The notes: generated by a model from the letters alone, not told the origin. Shown: positions 1-10,769, counted from the first letter of the stretch. The stretch is DNA of 64,000 nt from an uncultured Bifidobacteriaceae bacterium (GCA_964424455.1 CAYRJA010000001.1:2887-66886); one strand, 5' to 3'. Program-made: numbers and translations.

Positions 1-273
1 ATGGCGCAACTCGGAACAGTGAATAAAGTACTCGGCGCATTACTGAAGTCAGGAACTTACTTACTGTTGTTTAGTACGCTGCTTTGGATATTAAATCAGG
101 CGGGAGTTATTTCACCGGAAACTAAAGCACAATCCAAGTTATATAATTATGCATCCCCTGTTGCGCCCTTTGTAATGAGTGAATTGGGCGCATGGGTGCC
201 GACATTCAAAAATTTGTTGAGCGACATTCAGCATTACTATAATCGCTTTCGTCTTCCTGACATACTGAAATAA
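1..273 (+). CDS. C-terminal fragment of a small membrane protein (possibly CvpA-like); 5' end lies outside the window
   Basis: ORF is open at the window start. Hydrophobic segment LLLFSTLLWIL. Stop at 271-273. Confidence 0.5.
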   Translation: MAQLGTVNKVLGALLKSGTYLLLFSTLLWILNQAGVISPETKAQSKLYNYASPVAPFVMSELGAWVPTFKNLLSDIQHYYNRFRLPDILK

Positions 274-377
274 CAAATGGACAAGTATAGTTGAGATATT
301 AAACAATTAGAGTTTTGAAATTGCAAAACGGCGATATGAAATAAAAAAATTACATTAGCAACCTTATAGAGAAATTA

Positions 378-1145
378 ATGGATTATCAGGTAAAAGAAGA
401 AGGGAAGTACAAGTACATCGAAGAAGGTGAAGGAGAGGTCTTATTGTTGTTACACGGACTGTTCGGCGCACTCAGTAATTTCCGATGGATAGTAGATGAG
501 TTTAAAGGAAAATATAAAGTGGTTATCCCTCTTCTGCCGCTCTATGAGATGAATATTTTTGAAACTACTGTGAATGGATTGGTTCGCCATGTTCATGGTT
601 TTGTTGAAACAACAAAAATTTCTTCTGCAATTGTTATCGGCAATTCACTGGGAGGGCATATAGCACAGTTGTATTGCCTTGCACATCCGGAAAAAGTGAA
701 AGCAATGGTGCTTACCGGAAGCAGCGGATTGTTTGAAAATGCAATGGGTGGCACATTCCCAAAGCGAGGCAACTATGAATATATCAAAGAGAAAACAGAA
801 TATACTTTCTACGACCCGAAAGTTGCGACCAAAGAATTAGTAGATGAAGTTTTCGGCATTTGCAACGATCGCGGAAAGGCAATTCGGGTAATTTCTATGG
901 CAAAATCTGCTATAAGAGAAAATCTTGCAAACGACTTGCATAAAATAAAATGTCCGGTATGCTTAATTTGGGGGAAACAGGATAAAATCACTCCCCCGTT
1001 TGTAGCAGAAGAATTTCACAAGATGCTGTCTAATTCGGAAATCCATTGGATGGAACAATGCGGGCACGCACCGATGATGGAAAAGCCGGAAGAATTTAAT
1101 AAACTGTTACAGGGTTTTCTCTCTAAACTTCCGGTATCTGTATAA
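378..1145 (+). CDS. alpha/beta-fold hydrolase
   Basis: 255 aa. HG oxyanion motif LLLHGLFG, nucleophile elbow GNSLGG, C-terminal CGHAPMME histidine motif. Confidence 0.85.
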   Translation: MDYQVKEEGKYKYIEEGEGEVLLLLHGLFGALSNFRWIVDEFKGKYKVVIPLLPLYEMNIFETTVNGLVRHVHGFVETTKISSAIVIGNSLGGHIAQLYCLAHPEKVKAMVLTGSSGLFENAMGGTFPKRGNYEYIKEKTEYTFYDPKVATKELVDEVFGICNDRGKAIRVISMAKSAIRENLANDLHKIKCPVCLIWGKQDKITPPFVAEEFHKMLSNSEIHWMEQCGHAPMMEKPEEFNKLLQGFLSKLPVSV

Positions 1146-1153
1146 TCGCATTC

Positions 1154-1816
1154 ATGAAAGCTGCCGAATTAATTTCTCAATCAGTACCACAGATAAAATT
1201 AGGCGACACAGTCTTCAGTGTGTTACAGATGATGAACGAAACGCATCTGAGCCAGCTTCCACTGGTGGAAAATGGTAAGTTGCTGGGGTTGGTAAAAGAA
1301 GAAGAAATATTGAATCCGATTCATTCGGAAGAACTAATCAGGAATATGAAACTGGCATTGATTCGCCCCTTTATCCATGACTATGAACATATTTTTGAAG
1401 TAGTGAAAGTGGCGAGTGAATTGAAGATGAAAGTTATTCCTGTAATAGATAAAGATGAGAATTATATTGGCTGTATTACACTTGAAACCATGGTCAACTA
1501 TTTTGCACAACAGACGGATATTCTTGAAGCAGGTGGAATATTAGTTCTTGAAATGGAAGTGAAAGATTATTCACTTTCTGAAATAGCAAGATTAGTAGAA
1601 GCGGAAGAAGCAAAAATACTTTCTGCCTTTGCAGGCTCAATACCGGACAGCACCAGAATGGAACTTACATTGAAAGTAAATAAGCCCGATTTACAGGCAA
1701 TCATTTCTTCATTGCAGCGGCACAACTATATTATCAAAGACACTTATCAGGAGCCGGAATATTTTGAAGATCTGAAAAACCGCTTTGATCAGTTGATGAC
1801 TTACCTGAATGTGTGA
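1154..1816 (+). CDS. CBS-domain protein
   Basis: 220 aa. Tandem CBS-like segments (LSQLPLVENGKLLGLV, MKVIPVIDKDENYIGCIT). Starts 8 nt after the upstream gene. Confidence 0.7.
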   Translation: MKAAELISQSVPQIKLGDTVFSVLQMMNETHLSQLPLVENGKLLGLVKEEEILNPIHSEELIRNMKLALIRPFIHDYEHIFEVVKVASELKMKVIPVIDKDENYIGCITLETMVNYFAQQTDILEAGGILVLEMEVKDYSLSEIARLVEAEEAKILSAFAGSIPDSTRMELTLKVNKPDLQAIISSLQRHNYIIKDTYQEPEYFEDLKNRFDQLMTYLNV

Positions 1817-1865
1817 CACTCTTTTTTTTAGAGTTCAAAACTTTAAGAAAGTTTATTGAAAGACC

Positions 1866-3290
1866 TTGCATTTTTGCGGAGTGAAAAAAACAGGATATCT
1901 TTTTTTCTTATTACTTATTTCATTACAGCTTTTTGCGAACGACAGTGATACTAATAGAGTAAAAGTTTATGTTAATGATATTGTAATTGAAGGAAACCGT
2001 AAGACAAAGGAACAGACCGTTCTTCGTTTGCTGACCTTTTCTGCCGGAGATTCTATTCAGTTATCTCGGTTAATGAGCGAGCTGGATGTAAGCAGGAATC
2101 ATCTTATCAATACGGGATTGTTTTACGATGTTACCCTGAACCTGAAAAATTGGGCAGGCAGAAATCTGGATATCTATGTTACAGTTGTTGAACGATGGTA
2201 CACTTATCCGCTACCTATTCTTGATATATATGACAGAAACTTTAATAATTGGTGGGTGGAAAACAATCACGACATCAATCGCATTCAATACGGTATCCGC
2301 TTTGCTCAGCAAAATGTGAGAGGAAGAAATGAAGATTTGCACATTACTGCTCTGCTCGGCTTTGCACAGAAATTTAATTTACTTTACCATATTCCCTATT
2401 TCGATAAGAAACAGAAAAACGGATTGTCGCTTTACGGTTCTTACGGACAGAGTAAGATATTGGCAATACAAACAGCAAACAACAAACAGAAATTTTATGA
2501 GAATGAAGATGATTTTGTACGTAGAAACTGGAGCGTAGGATTAGACTGGATTCATCAGCCAAGGTTTCATTACAAAAATGTTTTTTCATTATCGTATAAT
2601 GAAGCATTCATAACGGATACAATTGCACGAGCCAGCCCTGATTATTTTCTGAATGGAATAAAAGAAGAAAGATTTATCGCCATTACCTATTCGCTTTCAC
2701 GCGACTATCTTGATATTCGTGCATATCCGTTGAAAGGAAGTTACCTTGAAGTGACAGCTTCAAAATCGGGTATAGGTCTTTTTGATAATAATGTAGATAT
2801 CGCTGCATTGACTGTAACATACAACAAATATGTCCCTCTTGGCAACGGATTTTATTTTGCATCTCAAAACAAAGTAAAATATTCATTGCCGGAGAAGCAA
2901 CCTTACTTTAATCAGAAAGCGCTTGGATACAGAAGCGATTATGTCTGCGGATACGAATATTATGTAATTGACGGACAACAATTTGCCCTGACAAAAATGA
3001 ATCTGAGATACGAGTTGTTTAAAATGAGAATGCCTAATCCATGGAAAAAAGGAGTTGTGAAAACGGATAAGTTCCCTTTTACATTCTTTCTGAAAGCGCA
3101 GGTTAATGCGGCGTATGTGAATGATGATTATTATTTCCGAAACAACCCACTGAACAATTCACTTCTTATCGGGTATGGTCCGGGTATTGACATTTTGCTG
3201 TTCTATGATGTCAGCACTCGTATTGAGTATTCATGGAACCGGATGGGTGAAAGCGGTTTATATCTGCATGTAAGTTCGTTTCTGTGGTAG
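1866..3290 (+). CDS. Omp85/BamA-family outer-membrane protein (POTRA plus surface-antigen barrel)
   Basis: 474 aa. Signal peptide, POTRA-like IVIEGNRKTKEQTVLR, aromatic-rich beta-strand pattern to the C terminus. The TTG start at 1866 is uncertain; an in-frame GTG at 1881 is an alternative. Confidence 0.7.
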   Translation: MHFCGVKKTGYLFFLLLISLQLFANDSDTNRVKVYVNDIVIEGNRKTKEQTVLRLLTFSAGDSIQLSRLMSELDVSRNHLINTGLFYDVTLNLKNWAGRNLDIYVTVVERWYTYPLPILDIYDRNFNNWWVENNHDINRIQYGIRFAQQNVRGRNEDLHITALLGFAQKFNLLYHIPYFDKKQKNGLSLYGSYGQSKILAIQTANNKQKFYENEDDFVRRNWSVGLDWIHQPRFHYKNVFSLSYNEAFITDTIARASPDYFLNGIKEERFIAITYSLSRDYLDIRAYPLKGSYLEVTASKSGIGLFDNNVDIAALTVTYNKYVPLGNGFYFASQNKVKYSLPEKQPYFNQKALGYRSDYVCGYEYYVIDGQQFALTKMNLRYELFKMRMPNPWKKGVVKTDKFPFTFFLKAQVNAAYVNDDYYFRNNPLNNSLLIGYGPGIDILLFYDVSTRIEYSWNRMGESGLYLHVSSFLW

Positions 3291-3376
3291 TTCAAAATGT
3301 GTAGTTGTACAACATCTGATTTTTAAAAATTATAGAATTAATTTGCACGCAATTCTAATCCAATTCCAGACTCAAA

Positions 3377-3913
3377 ATGATTTTATCTGATAAAGCTATT
3401 CTCGAAGAAATAGAAAAAGGGAATATCCTGATTGAACCCTATCATCCCGATTGCTTGGGATCCAACAGCTATGATGTTCATCTGGGAAAATATCTTGCTA
3501 CTTACAACGATCCGGTGTTAGATGCCAAAAAGCATAATCAGATAACTGAGTTCACCATTCCTAAAGAAGGATTTGTGTTACAGCCGGGCACGCTGTATCT
3601 GGGTGTAACAGAAGAATATACTGAAACCCATGCACATGTCCCGTTTCTCGAAGGAAAATCATCTGTAGGCAGATTGGGTATTGACATTCATGCCACAGCA
3701 GGAAAAGGAGATGTCGGTTACTGTAACACATGGACACTGGAAATTTCCGTTTCACATCCGGTGCGTGTGTATGCAGGTATGCCCATTGGACAACTGATTT
3801 ACTTTACTGTTGAAGGCGAAGTAAAAAACTCTTATGACAAAAAGAAGAATGCCAAATACACCGGCAGAACCCTGAAGCCGGTTGAATCCATGATGTGGAA
3901 GAATAAGTTTTGA
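3377..3913 (+). CDS. dcd: dCTP deaminase
   Basis: 178 aa. N terminus MILSDKAILEEIEKGNILIEPY and GKSSVGRLGI are typical of the Dcd/dUTPase-fold family. Confidence 0.9.
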   Translation: MILSDKAILEEIEKGNILIEPYHPDCLGSNSYDVHLGKYLATYNDPVLDAKKHNQITEFTIPKEGFVLQPGTLYLGVTEEYTETHAHVPFLEGKSSVGRLGIDIHATAGKGDVGYCNTWTLEISVSHPVRVYAGMPIGQLIYFTVEGEVKNSYDKKKNAKYTGRTLKPVESMMWKNKF

Positions 3914-3950
3914 TTACTTCAACATACAATTTCAGTAGATTGCATATTGC

Positions 3951-6377
3951 ATGAAGCGAATATTAGTTCTTATTCCCCTCTTTCTTCTTCATCTTGTTGC
4001 TGTTGCCCAATATACATGGCAGGGAAAAGTATTGGATTCCATTTCTGAGTCACCGCTGGCATTTGTTACCATCGTAATCAACAACAATATATATCAGGGT
4101 ACAAGAACAGATATTGACGGAAAATTTTCAGTTGTACTTCCCGAGAAAACAGGAACTATACTGTTAACCTATGTCGGATACAATGATAAAATTGTGCAGC
4201 TTCACGCTTCCGGGAAAATAAATTCAATTACTATTCTGCTTTCTGAAAAACAGTTTAATCTTAAAGGTGTTACAGTAGTTGCCGGTGAAAACCCCGCCAA
4301 CAGGATTATTAAAGAGGTGACGAAGAATGCAGATAAAAACAATCCTCAGAAACTTTCTTCCTATTCCTACACTTCTTACGATAAGTTTACTTTTTCAGGA
4401 GATGCAACCAATGAATACAAGCTCAAGAAAAAAGATTCCGCTGCCATTAAGGAGTTTGAATTTTTCAAGAAGTACAAAATGTTTATCATGGAAACAGTGG
4501 TGGACAAGAAGTACAAGTTTCCCGGACGAACCAAAGAAGCGGTACAGGCGATAAAGATTTCTGGCTTGCAGGAACCGTCGTTTACCTTGCTCATGTCGCA
4601 GATGCAGTCCACTGCTTTTTATGATGAGTTTATTTCTGTGATGCAAAAAGATTTTATGAATCCTGTAAGCAAGGGCAGTACCGATAAATATTTCTTCAAT
4701 GTTGAAGACACCACTTTTGCCGGCAGCGATACTGTATTTGTGGTTTCATATAAGCCGGCGAAAGGAAGAAAATTTGATGCGCTGAAAGGATTACTCTACA
4801 TCAATACAAACGGTTATGCCATTGAAGAAGTGATTGCCTCACCGGCAGATTCGATTGGAACACTTTTGTATTTTACTATTCAGCAACAGTATTCACAGGT
4901 TGACGGGCATTGGTTTCCGGTACAGTTAAACACCGATTTATATTACAATGATTTTTTATTTAGCGGATTGAAGATGACAATGAGCGGACGCAGTTACATC
5001 AGTAACATTAAAATTAATCCCGTCATCCCCAATTCAGTATTCGATGGTATTATGCAGGAAATTGATCCGCGGGCAGGCATACAGAAAGAGGATTACTGGG
5101 ATAAACATCGTAACGATACTCTTTCGCTTTCAGAACAACAAACCTATAAATTCATTGACAGTTTAGGGAAAAGATATATGCTTGATACAAAACTGAAAGC
5201 AATTGAGGCATTAATAAATGGCGAGTTTCCTTACAAGTTTATCAACTTCACTCTGTCGCGTTTCATAGCTTTAAACAAGTATGAAGATGTGCGGCTCGGA
5301 CTGGAAGCGAGAACGAACGATAGAATGTCGAAATATTTTTCGATAGGAGGGTTCTTTGGTTATGGCTTCAGCGACAAAGTGTGGAAATATGGTGGCAATC
5401 TGTCGCTATCGCTGTACCGGAAAAATAATGTGCGGTTAAAGTTTTCTTACTCGAAAGACTACAATGAAGCGGGAGCAGTAAAATTCTATAAAGAAGGATA
5501 TTGGGGTTCGGGAATGGAAACAAGAGATTATTTAATCAACAAATTTGATATGGTGGATGAGAAGAAAATTACATTTTCCGGGCGCACCATTAAAAATTTG
5601 CACTTTGCACTTTCGGGATTCGAGCGGATAAAGCAGGCAATGTATCCCTACTCATTTGTTACGACAATGAATAATGAAGTAGTTTTAAAAAACCGGTTTA
5701 ATTACTCAGGCGCTGAACTGGGGCTTCGTTACTGTTACAATGAAAAGGTAGTTCAGATTATGGATCAAAACTGGTTTATCAGTTCACGCTACCCGATTCT
5801 GTGGCTGAATGTATCTAAGGGATTTAACGACGCTCTCGATGGAGAATATGATTACCTGAAACTGGATTTTAAAATAAGCTATAATTTTCTGATTAAAGGA
5901 TTAGGTACAACTTACCTCCAGGCACAAACAGGAAATGTTTCATCACGACTTCCTCTTAATGAACTTTATACGGGCAGAGGAAACTATAGCATTTTCGGGG
6001 TTTACTCTTTCAACAGTTTTGAAACCATGCGTATGGATGAGTTTTTGTCGAACCGCTATGCATCCGTTTTCCTGCGGCAGGATTTCGGATCACTACTATT
6101 TAAGGCAAAAAAATTTCAACCGAAAGTTTTATTCGCTACCAATGCTGCCATCGGCTCACTGAATAACCCTGAACAGCATGCTGGCATTACAATAAAAACA
6201 TTGAATAAGGGATACATCGAATCAGGAATTATCATAGAAGATATTCTTACTAAAAAAATTATGGGAGTAGCCCGCTTTGGTTTGGGCTTTGGCGCATTTT
6301 ACCGGTATGGTCCCTATATGTTCCCTAACCCATGGGATAATGTAGCATTCAAGATAGACTGGACTGTAACAAATTAG
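3951..6377 (+). CDS. carboxypeptidase-regulatory-like domain plus DUF5686-type outer-membrane protein
   Basis: 808 aa. Signal peptide, N-terminal GKVLDSISESPLAFVTIV CarboxypepD_reg-like fold, long beta-rich C-terminal region as in Bacteroidota DUF5686 proteins. Confidence 0.6.
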   Translation: MKRILVLIPLFLLHLVAVAQYTWQGKVLDSISESPLAFVTIVINNNIYQGTRTDIDGKFSVVLPEKTGTILLTYVGYNDKIVQLHASGKINSITILLSEKQFNLKGVTVVAGENPANRIIKEVTKNADKNNPQKLSSYSYTSYDKFTFSGDATNEYKLKKKDSAAIKEFEFFKKYKMFIMETVVDKKYKFPGRTKEAVQAIKISGLQEPSFTLLMSQMQSTAFYDEFISVMQKDFMNPVSKGSTDKYFFNVEDTTFAGSDTVFVVSYKPAKGRKFDALKGLLYINTNGYAIEEVIASPADSIGTLLYFTIQQQYSQVDGHWFPVQLNTDLYYNDFLFSGLKMTMSGRSYISNIKINPVIPNSVFDGIMQEIDPRAGIQKEDYWDKHRNDTLSLSEQQTYKFIDSLGKRYMLDTKLKAIEALINGEFPYKFINFTLSRFIALNKYEDVRLGLEARTNDRMSKYFSIGGFFGYGFSDKVWKYGGNLSLSLYRKNNVRLKFSYSKDYNEAGAVKFYKEGYWGSGMETRDYLINKFDMVDEKKITFSGRTIKNLHFALSGFERIKQAMYPYSFVTTMNNEVVLKNRFNYSGAELGLRYCYNEKVVQIMDQNWFISSRYPILWLNVSKGFNDALDGEYDYLKLDFKISYNFLIKGLGTTYLQAQTGNVSSRLPLNELYTGRGNYSIFGVYSFNSFETMRMDEFLSNRYASVFLRQDFGSLLFKAKKFQPKVLFATNAAIGSLNNPEQHAGITIKTLNKGYIESGIIIEDILTKKIMGVARFGLGFGAFYRYGPYMFPNPWDNVAFKIDWTVTN

Positions 6378-6380
6378 AGT

Positions 6381-8330
6381 TTACTGACCGAGTTTCTGTT
6401 GAAGCATTTTAATATATTCCGGATTAATTTTTTTGCCTTTACTATTCGCCGACAGTGCATCATCAAGTGCCTGCTGATAATTTTCTTTTGCATTGTTAGC
6501 ATCTGAGCGCAGTGCATAATTCTCGGCGTTGTCAGGATTCAGTTCAATGGCGGTAGTTAAATCTTTTATTGCTTCATCTAACATTCCTTTGTGCAGATAG
6601 CTTCTGCCGCGGTTGCCATATACATCTTTGTAACCCGGATCAAATTTTACTGCATGATTATAATCGGCAAGTGCAGAATCATATTTACCCCACATATCAT
6701 AAAGATTGCCCCGATTACCATACGCTTTTGAATTAGTGGAATCCATTTTCAGAACGGTATTAAAATCAGTCATGGCGGAATCAAACTTTCCTGCAATACA
6801 GAAAGCAATTCCGCGGTTCATGTAAGCGCCGGGGAAATCCTTTTCAAACTGTAACACATGGTTGCAGTCAGCAATGGCAGAGTCAATCTTTCCTTGCTGG
6901 CGGTAAATGTCCGAACGGTTTATAAGCGCTTCTTTGTAATCCGATTGAAGTGCAATCGCTTTCGAAAAATAACGAAGCGCCAGATCGGTTTGTCCTTTCT
7001 TGTTGTAATAGTTTCCAAGATTGTTATTGGCTACGGGAATATAATCGTAGTTATCAATCATATCCAGATAAAGTGTTTCGCTGTTTTTCCAGATATGATT
7101 CCGTGCATAGGTTTTATAGCCGAAGAACACAGTGCAAGCAACCGTAAGAAGTGTTACAGGAGTTTTAAAAGAAGAAAAACGGGGAGCAGAATTATCCATC
7201 ATATTCTGAACAATCATTCCCACTATAAAGAACAAACCGGTATAAGCCAGATAAGTGTAACGATCTGCCATCATAGCGCCGCCGACCGGAAGCAATTGAA
7301 GAAGCAGTAATACATTCACCAGAAAAAATGCAAATCCGAATCCGATTAGTCGTGTAAACTTCATAGAATAAATCACGGCACCGAGTAACACTATCACTAT
7401 TACAGGTGAAAGCAGTATTACCCAATTGTAATGTCCGTCAATGATTCTCGGATAGGGATAGAATGCAGACAGTTTAAACGGAAGCAATGACTTGTAGAAA
7501 TAAGTAAAAAGAGAGTCGCCGGAAAAAATCAACCGGTCGGTGAATGAGTAATAAGGTATGTCGTTAATTGCCTCTGCTTTCTGCTGGGCATACACCGCTA
7601 TAATTCCGAACACAAGTGAAAGAATAAAAAACGGAACTTTCTCAATGGCTAACTTTATATTGAACGGTCGCTTCAGATAATAATCAATTAACAGAAGCAC
7701 GACCGGAAGTGTTACAGCTTGCCCTTTTGAAAGCAGAGAAAGAATAAACAACACTACTGCTGCAATAAGATAAATTAGTTTTTTTTCGCTCTGCAAATAT
7801 TTCAGGTAAGCAATCAACGAAGCCATATAGTAGAGTACATACAATAAATCTTTTCGTTCGGCAATCCAGCTTACTGATTCTATATGTGCCGGATGAATTC
7901 CAAAGAATAAAGAAGTAATGACGGATGCCCATATTTTTTTCGTCAGCATCCAAGCAAAAAAGAATACCAGCACCACATTGATTAAATGTAACACTACACT
8001 GTGAAAATGAAATCCTGAGGCATCAGCGCCAAACCACTTGTAATCCAGCGCCAGCGAAAGCATTGCCAGCGGGTGATAATTTCCCATTTGAAAAGTAGAG
8101 AAGAACTGTGACAGTGTGGAAAGAGAAAGATTTTTCGTCATGGCATTATCCAGTACATACCCTTCATCATCCCAGTTTGTCCACCCGTTGTTAAATGCAG
8201 GCAAGTAGCAAATAAGTGTGATGGCTACACAGGCAAAAAGATAGAAGTAAAAATTATTCCGGCTGCCGGCAGATTTTGCTTTAACAGGTGTAACACTCCT
8301 TTTCTTGTCATGTATTTTTTTCTTCGCCAT
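6381..8330 (-). CDS. polytopic membrane glycosyltransferase-like protein with C-terminal TPR repeats (TMTC/PMT_2-like)
   Basis: 649 aa. About 10 TM helices in the N-terminal 400 aa, then repeated TPR units (NLGNYYNKKGQ, MNRGIAFCIAGK, GNRGNLYDMWGK, GNRGRSYLHKG). Confidence 0.7.
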   Translation of the reverse strand: MAKKKIHDKKRSVTPVKAKSAGSRNNFYFYLFACVAITLICYLPAFNNGWTNWDDEGYVLDNAMTKNLSLSTLSQFFSTFQMGNYHPLAMLSLALDYKWFGADASGFHFHSVVLHLINVVLVFFFAWMLTKKIWASVITSLFFGIHPAHIESVSWIAERKDLLYVLYYMASLIAYLKYLQSEKKLIYLIAAVVLFILSLLSKGQAVTLPVVLLLIDYYLKRPFNIKLAIEKVPFFILSLVFGIIAVYAQQKAEAINDIPYYSFTDRLIFSGDSLFTYFYKSLLPFKLSAFYPYPRIIDGHYNWVILLSPVIVIVLLGAVIYSMKFTRLIGFGFAFFLVNVLLLLQLLPVGGAMMADRYTYLAYTGLFFIVGMIVQNMMDNSAPRFSSFKTPVTLLTVACTVFFGYKTYARNHIWKNSETLYLDMIDNYDYIPVANNNLGNYYNKKGQTDLALRYFSKAIALQSDYKEALINRSDIYRQQGKIDSAIADCNHVLQFEKDFPGAYMNRGIAFCIAGKFDSAMTDFNTVLKMDSTNSKAYGNRGNLYDMWGKYDSALADYNHAVKFDPGYKDVYGNRGRSYLHKGMLDEAIKDLTTAIELNPDNAENYALRSDANNAKENYQQALDDALSANSKGKKINPEYIKMLQQKLGQ

Positions 8331-8568
8331 TATACTTTGAAATCAAAGCAATAATAGTGAGTTTTAACTTTATTTAGTCACAGAAGGAATACACATTCAT
8401 TAGTTAAAATTTTGTCAGAGTAATGAGGAAGCAGTTGTTAAAGGTGCGGAGATGCTTCGCCTTTTTCAGACTACCGGAAATCTGAAATAATTTAACTCAC
8501 ACAATTTTCTGCTCTCTTCCTTTCCTGCTTCTTACTTCCCGTCTTATACCGTATTTTCGCAACCCTAT

Positions 8569-9429
8569 ATGGAAGAGATTTTAAGAATAGCGATACAGAA
8601 ATCCGGTCGTCTGAGTGAGCAATCTCAGTCGCTGGTGAAAGAATGTGGAATTGAATTCAGTAATGGAGCAGGAAAGCTGACTGCCCACGCACAGAATTAT
8701 CCGGTTGAACTTCTTTTCCTTCGTGATGATGACATCCCCGGCTATGTTACAGACCATGTAGCAGATATTGGAATAGTAGGCGAAAATGTGTTACAGGAGA
8801 AGAACACAAAGGTAGATGTAAAAGAAAAATTAGGATTTGGTAACTGTCGCCTTTCTATTGCTGTGCCTAAGAGCTTTGAGTATAAATCCATAAAAGATTT
8901 AAAGAATAGAAAAATTGCTTCTTCCTATCCGAACATTCTCTCCCGCTTTCTGAAAAAAAATAAAATTGAAGCCACCATTCATGAAATCAGCGGCTCGGTA
9001 GAAATAGCGCCGGGAATCGGGTTGGCAGATGCAATTTGCGATTTAGTCAGTTCGGGCAGCACATTGCTTTCCAACGGACTGAAAGAAGCGGAAGTGGTGT
9101 TACAGTCGCAGGCAGTATTGATTGCAGGAAAAAACCTGTCTGCTGTAAAAAATAAAATACTCGATGATTTTCTTTTCAGGATTCGCTCGGTAAAAGCAGC
9201 TAAAAACAATAAGTATATACTGTTGAATGCTCCAAACGACTCGATTAATAAAATCATTAAGATTCTTCCCGGAATAAAAAGTCCTACTGTTTTACCTCTT
9301 GCTGAAAGCGGGTGGAGTTCTATTCACTCGGTGGTAAATGAAAATGAATTCTGGCATATCATTGACAAACTGAAAAATGCCGGCGCACAGGGAATATTGG
9401 TAGTGCCGATTGAAAAGATGATTGTGTAA
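8569..9429 (+). CDS. hisG: ATP phosphoribosyltransferase (long form)
   Basis: 286 aa. LRIAIQKSGRL N terminus, DLVSSGSTL PRPP motif. Followed by hisD and hisC. Confidence 0.93.
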   Translation: MEEILRIAIQKSGRLSEQSQSLVKECGIEFSNGAGKLTAHAQNYPVELLFLRDDDIPGYVTDHVADIGIVGENVLQEKNTKVDVKEKLGFGNCRLSIAVPKSFEYKSIKDLKNRKIASSYPNILSRFLKKNKIEATIHEISGSVEIAPGIGLADAICDLVSSGSTLLSNGLKEAEVVLQSQAVLIAGKNLSAVKNKILDDFLFRIRSVKAAKNNKYILLNAPNDSINKIIKILPGIKSPTVLPLAESGWSSIHSVVNENEFWHIIDKLKNAGAQGILVVPIEKMIV

Positions 9430-9489
9430 CACTTTAGTTTTTAGTGTAACAGTATTTACTAACAAAAGTTGACTGCGATATAAACAAAA

Positions 9490-10767
9490 ATGAAATTATA
9501 TAAAAATCCTATCAGAAAGGATTGGGAGAAACTGACAAGGCGACCTTACTACAACTTTCAGGAATTAGAGAAGAAAGTCAGTAAGATACTGTCGGCTGTA
9601 AAGAAAAAAGGAGATACGGCGCTGTTACAGTTTAACAGAGAGTTTGATAAAACTGAAATCAAGAAGCTGAAAGTTTCAGAGAGAGAAATCACATCAGCAG
9701 CCAATCAGTTGGATAAAGAACTAAAGCAGGCAATCCAAACTGCTTACAACAATATCTATAAATTTCATTCGGCACAAAAACAGGATGAATTGATTTTGGA
9801 AACAATGCCCGGAGTAAAGTGCAGGAGAAAATCAGTTCCGGTTCAGTCGGTGGGTTTATACATTCCCGGAGGAACAGCGCCGTTGTTTTCTACTTTGTTG
9901 ATGTTGGGTATTCCCGCAAAAATTGCAGGATGCGAAAATATAGTTGTATGCACACCGGCAAACAAAGAAGGTAAGATTCACCCTGCCATATTGTTTGTTG
10001 CAGAGTTGATTGGGATAAAAAATATTTTTAAAACGGGTGGCGCACAAGCTATTGCGGCTATGGCTTATGGGACAAAATCTATTTCGAAGTGTCACAAAAT
10101 TTTTGGACCGGGGAACCAGTTTGTTACAACAGCTAAAATGTTAGTGAATAAAGAAGGAGTGGCTATTGATATGCCTGCCGGACCATCGGAAGTGTTGGTG
10201 TTGGCGGATGGTTCAGCTAATCCTGAATTTGTAGCTGCAGATTTACTGTCACAGGCAGAGCATGGCATTGACAGTCAGGCAGTACTAGTTACAACGGACA
10301 TAAGTTTGGTTTCTAAAGTGGAGAAAGAAATAAAGATACAGGTAGAAGCATTGTCCAGAAGAGATATTGCGAAAAAATGCTTGAAGAAAAGTTTGTTTGT
10401 TTTTTTTAAAGACAGAAGTACAGCTATTGATTTTGTCAATGAATATGCCGCCGAACACTTAATTATTGCAACCGAAAAACCGGATGCGATTGCTTCGCAG
10501 ATAAAAAATGCCGGCTCTGTTTTTCTTGGACACTGGTCACCGGAATCAGTGGGAGATTATGCTTCGGGTACTAACCATACTTTGCCTACCGGAGGATATG
10601 CCAAAGCATACAGCGGTGTTTCTCTCGACAGTTTTGTGAAGAAAATTACCTTTCAGGAAATCACTGAAAAAGGTTTGAGGCATATCGGTGCAACTGTTGA
10701 AACCATGGCAGCGGCAGAAGGATTGGATGCACATAAAAATGCAGTAACCGTACGATTAAAAAAATAA
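9490..10767 (+). CDS. hisD: histidinol dehydrogenase
   Basis: 425 aa. Motifs SQAEHG and GDYASGTNHTLPT. Confidence 0.95.
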   Translation: MKLYKNPIRKDWEKLTRRPYYNFQELEKKVSKILSAVKKKGDTALLQFNREFDKTEIKKLKVSEREITSAANQLDKELKQAIQTAYNNIYKFHSAQKQDELILETMPGVKCRRKSVPVQSVGLYIPGGTAPLFSTLLMLGIPAKIAGCENIVVCTPANKEGKIHPAILFVAELIGIKNIFKTGGAQAIAAMAYGTKSISKCHKIFGPGNQFVTTAKMLVNKEGVAIDMPAGPSEVLVLADGSANPEFVAADLLSQAEHGIDSQAVLVTTDISLVSKVEKEIKIQVEALSRRDIAKKCLKKSLFVFFKDRSTAIDFVNEYAAEHLIIATEKPDAIASQIKNAGSVFLGHWSPESVGDYASGTNHTLPTGGYAKAYSGVSLDSFVKKITFQEITEKGLRHIGATVETMAAAEGLDAHKNAVTVRLKK

Positions 10768-10769
10768 AA

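Noticed and set aside
6858-7310. Long antisense or overlapping ORFs (for example 6858-7310, 26157-26579, 35131-35478, 36036-36521, 40488-40988, 59254-59670)
   Set aside because: Each lies entirely inside a well-supported gene on the opposite strand or in another frame, and has odd composition (Cys/Arg/Ser/Phe-rich). These are typical shadow ORFs.
8331-8568. His leader peptide or attenuator upstream of hisG
   Set aside because: There is no run of His codons in any short ORF. The only hairpin (8440-8464, AAAGGTG/CGCCTTT, 11-nt loop, short T tract) is weak and includes a G-U pair. That is not enough to call an attenuator.
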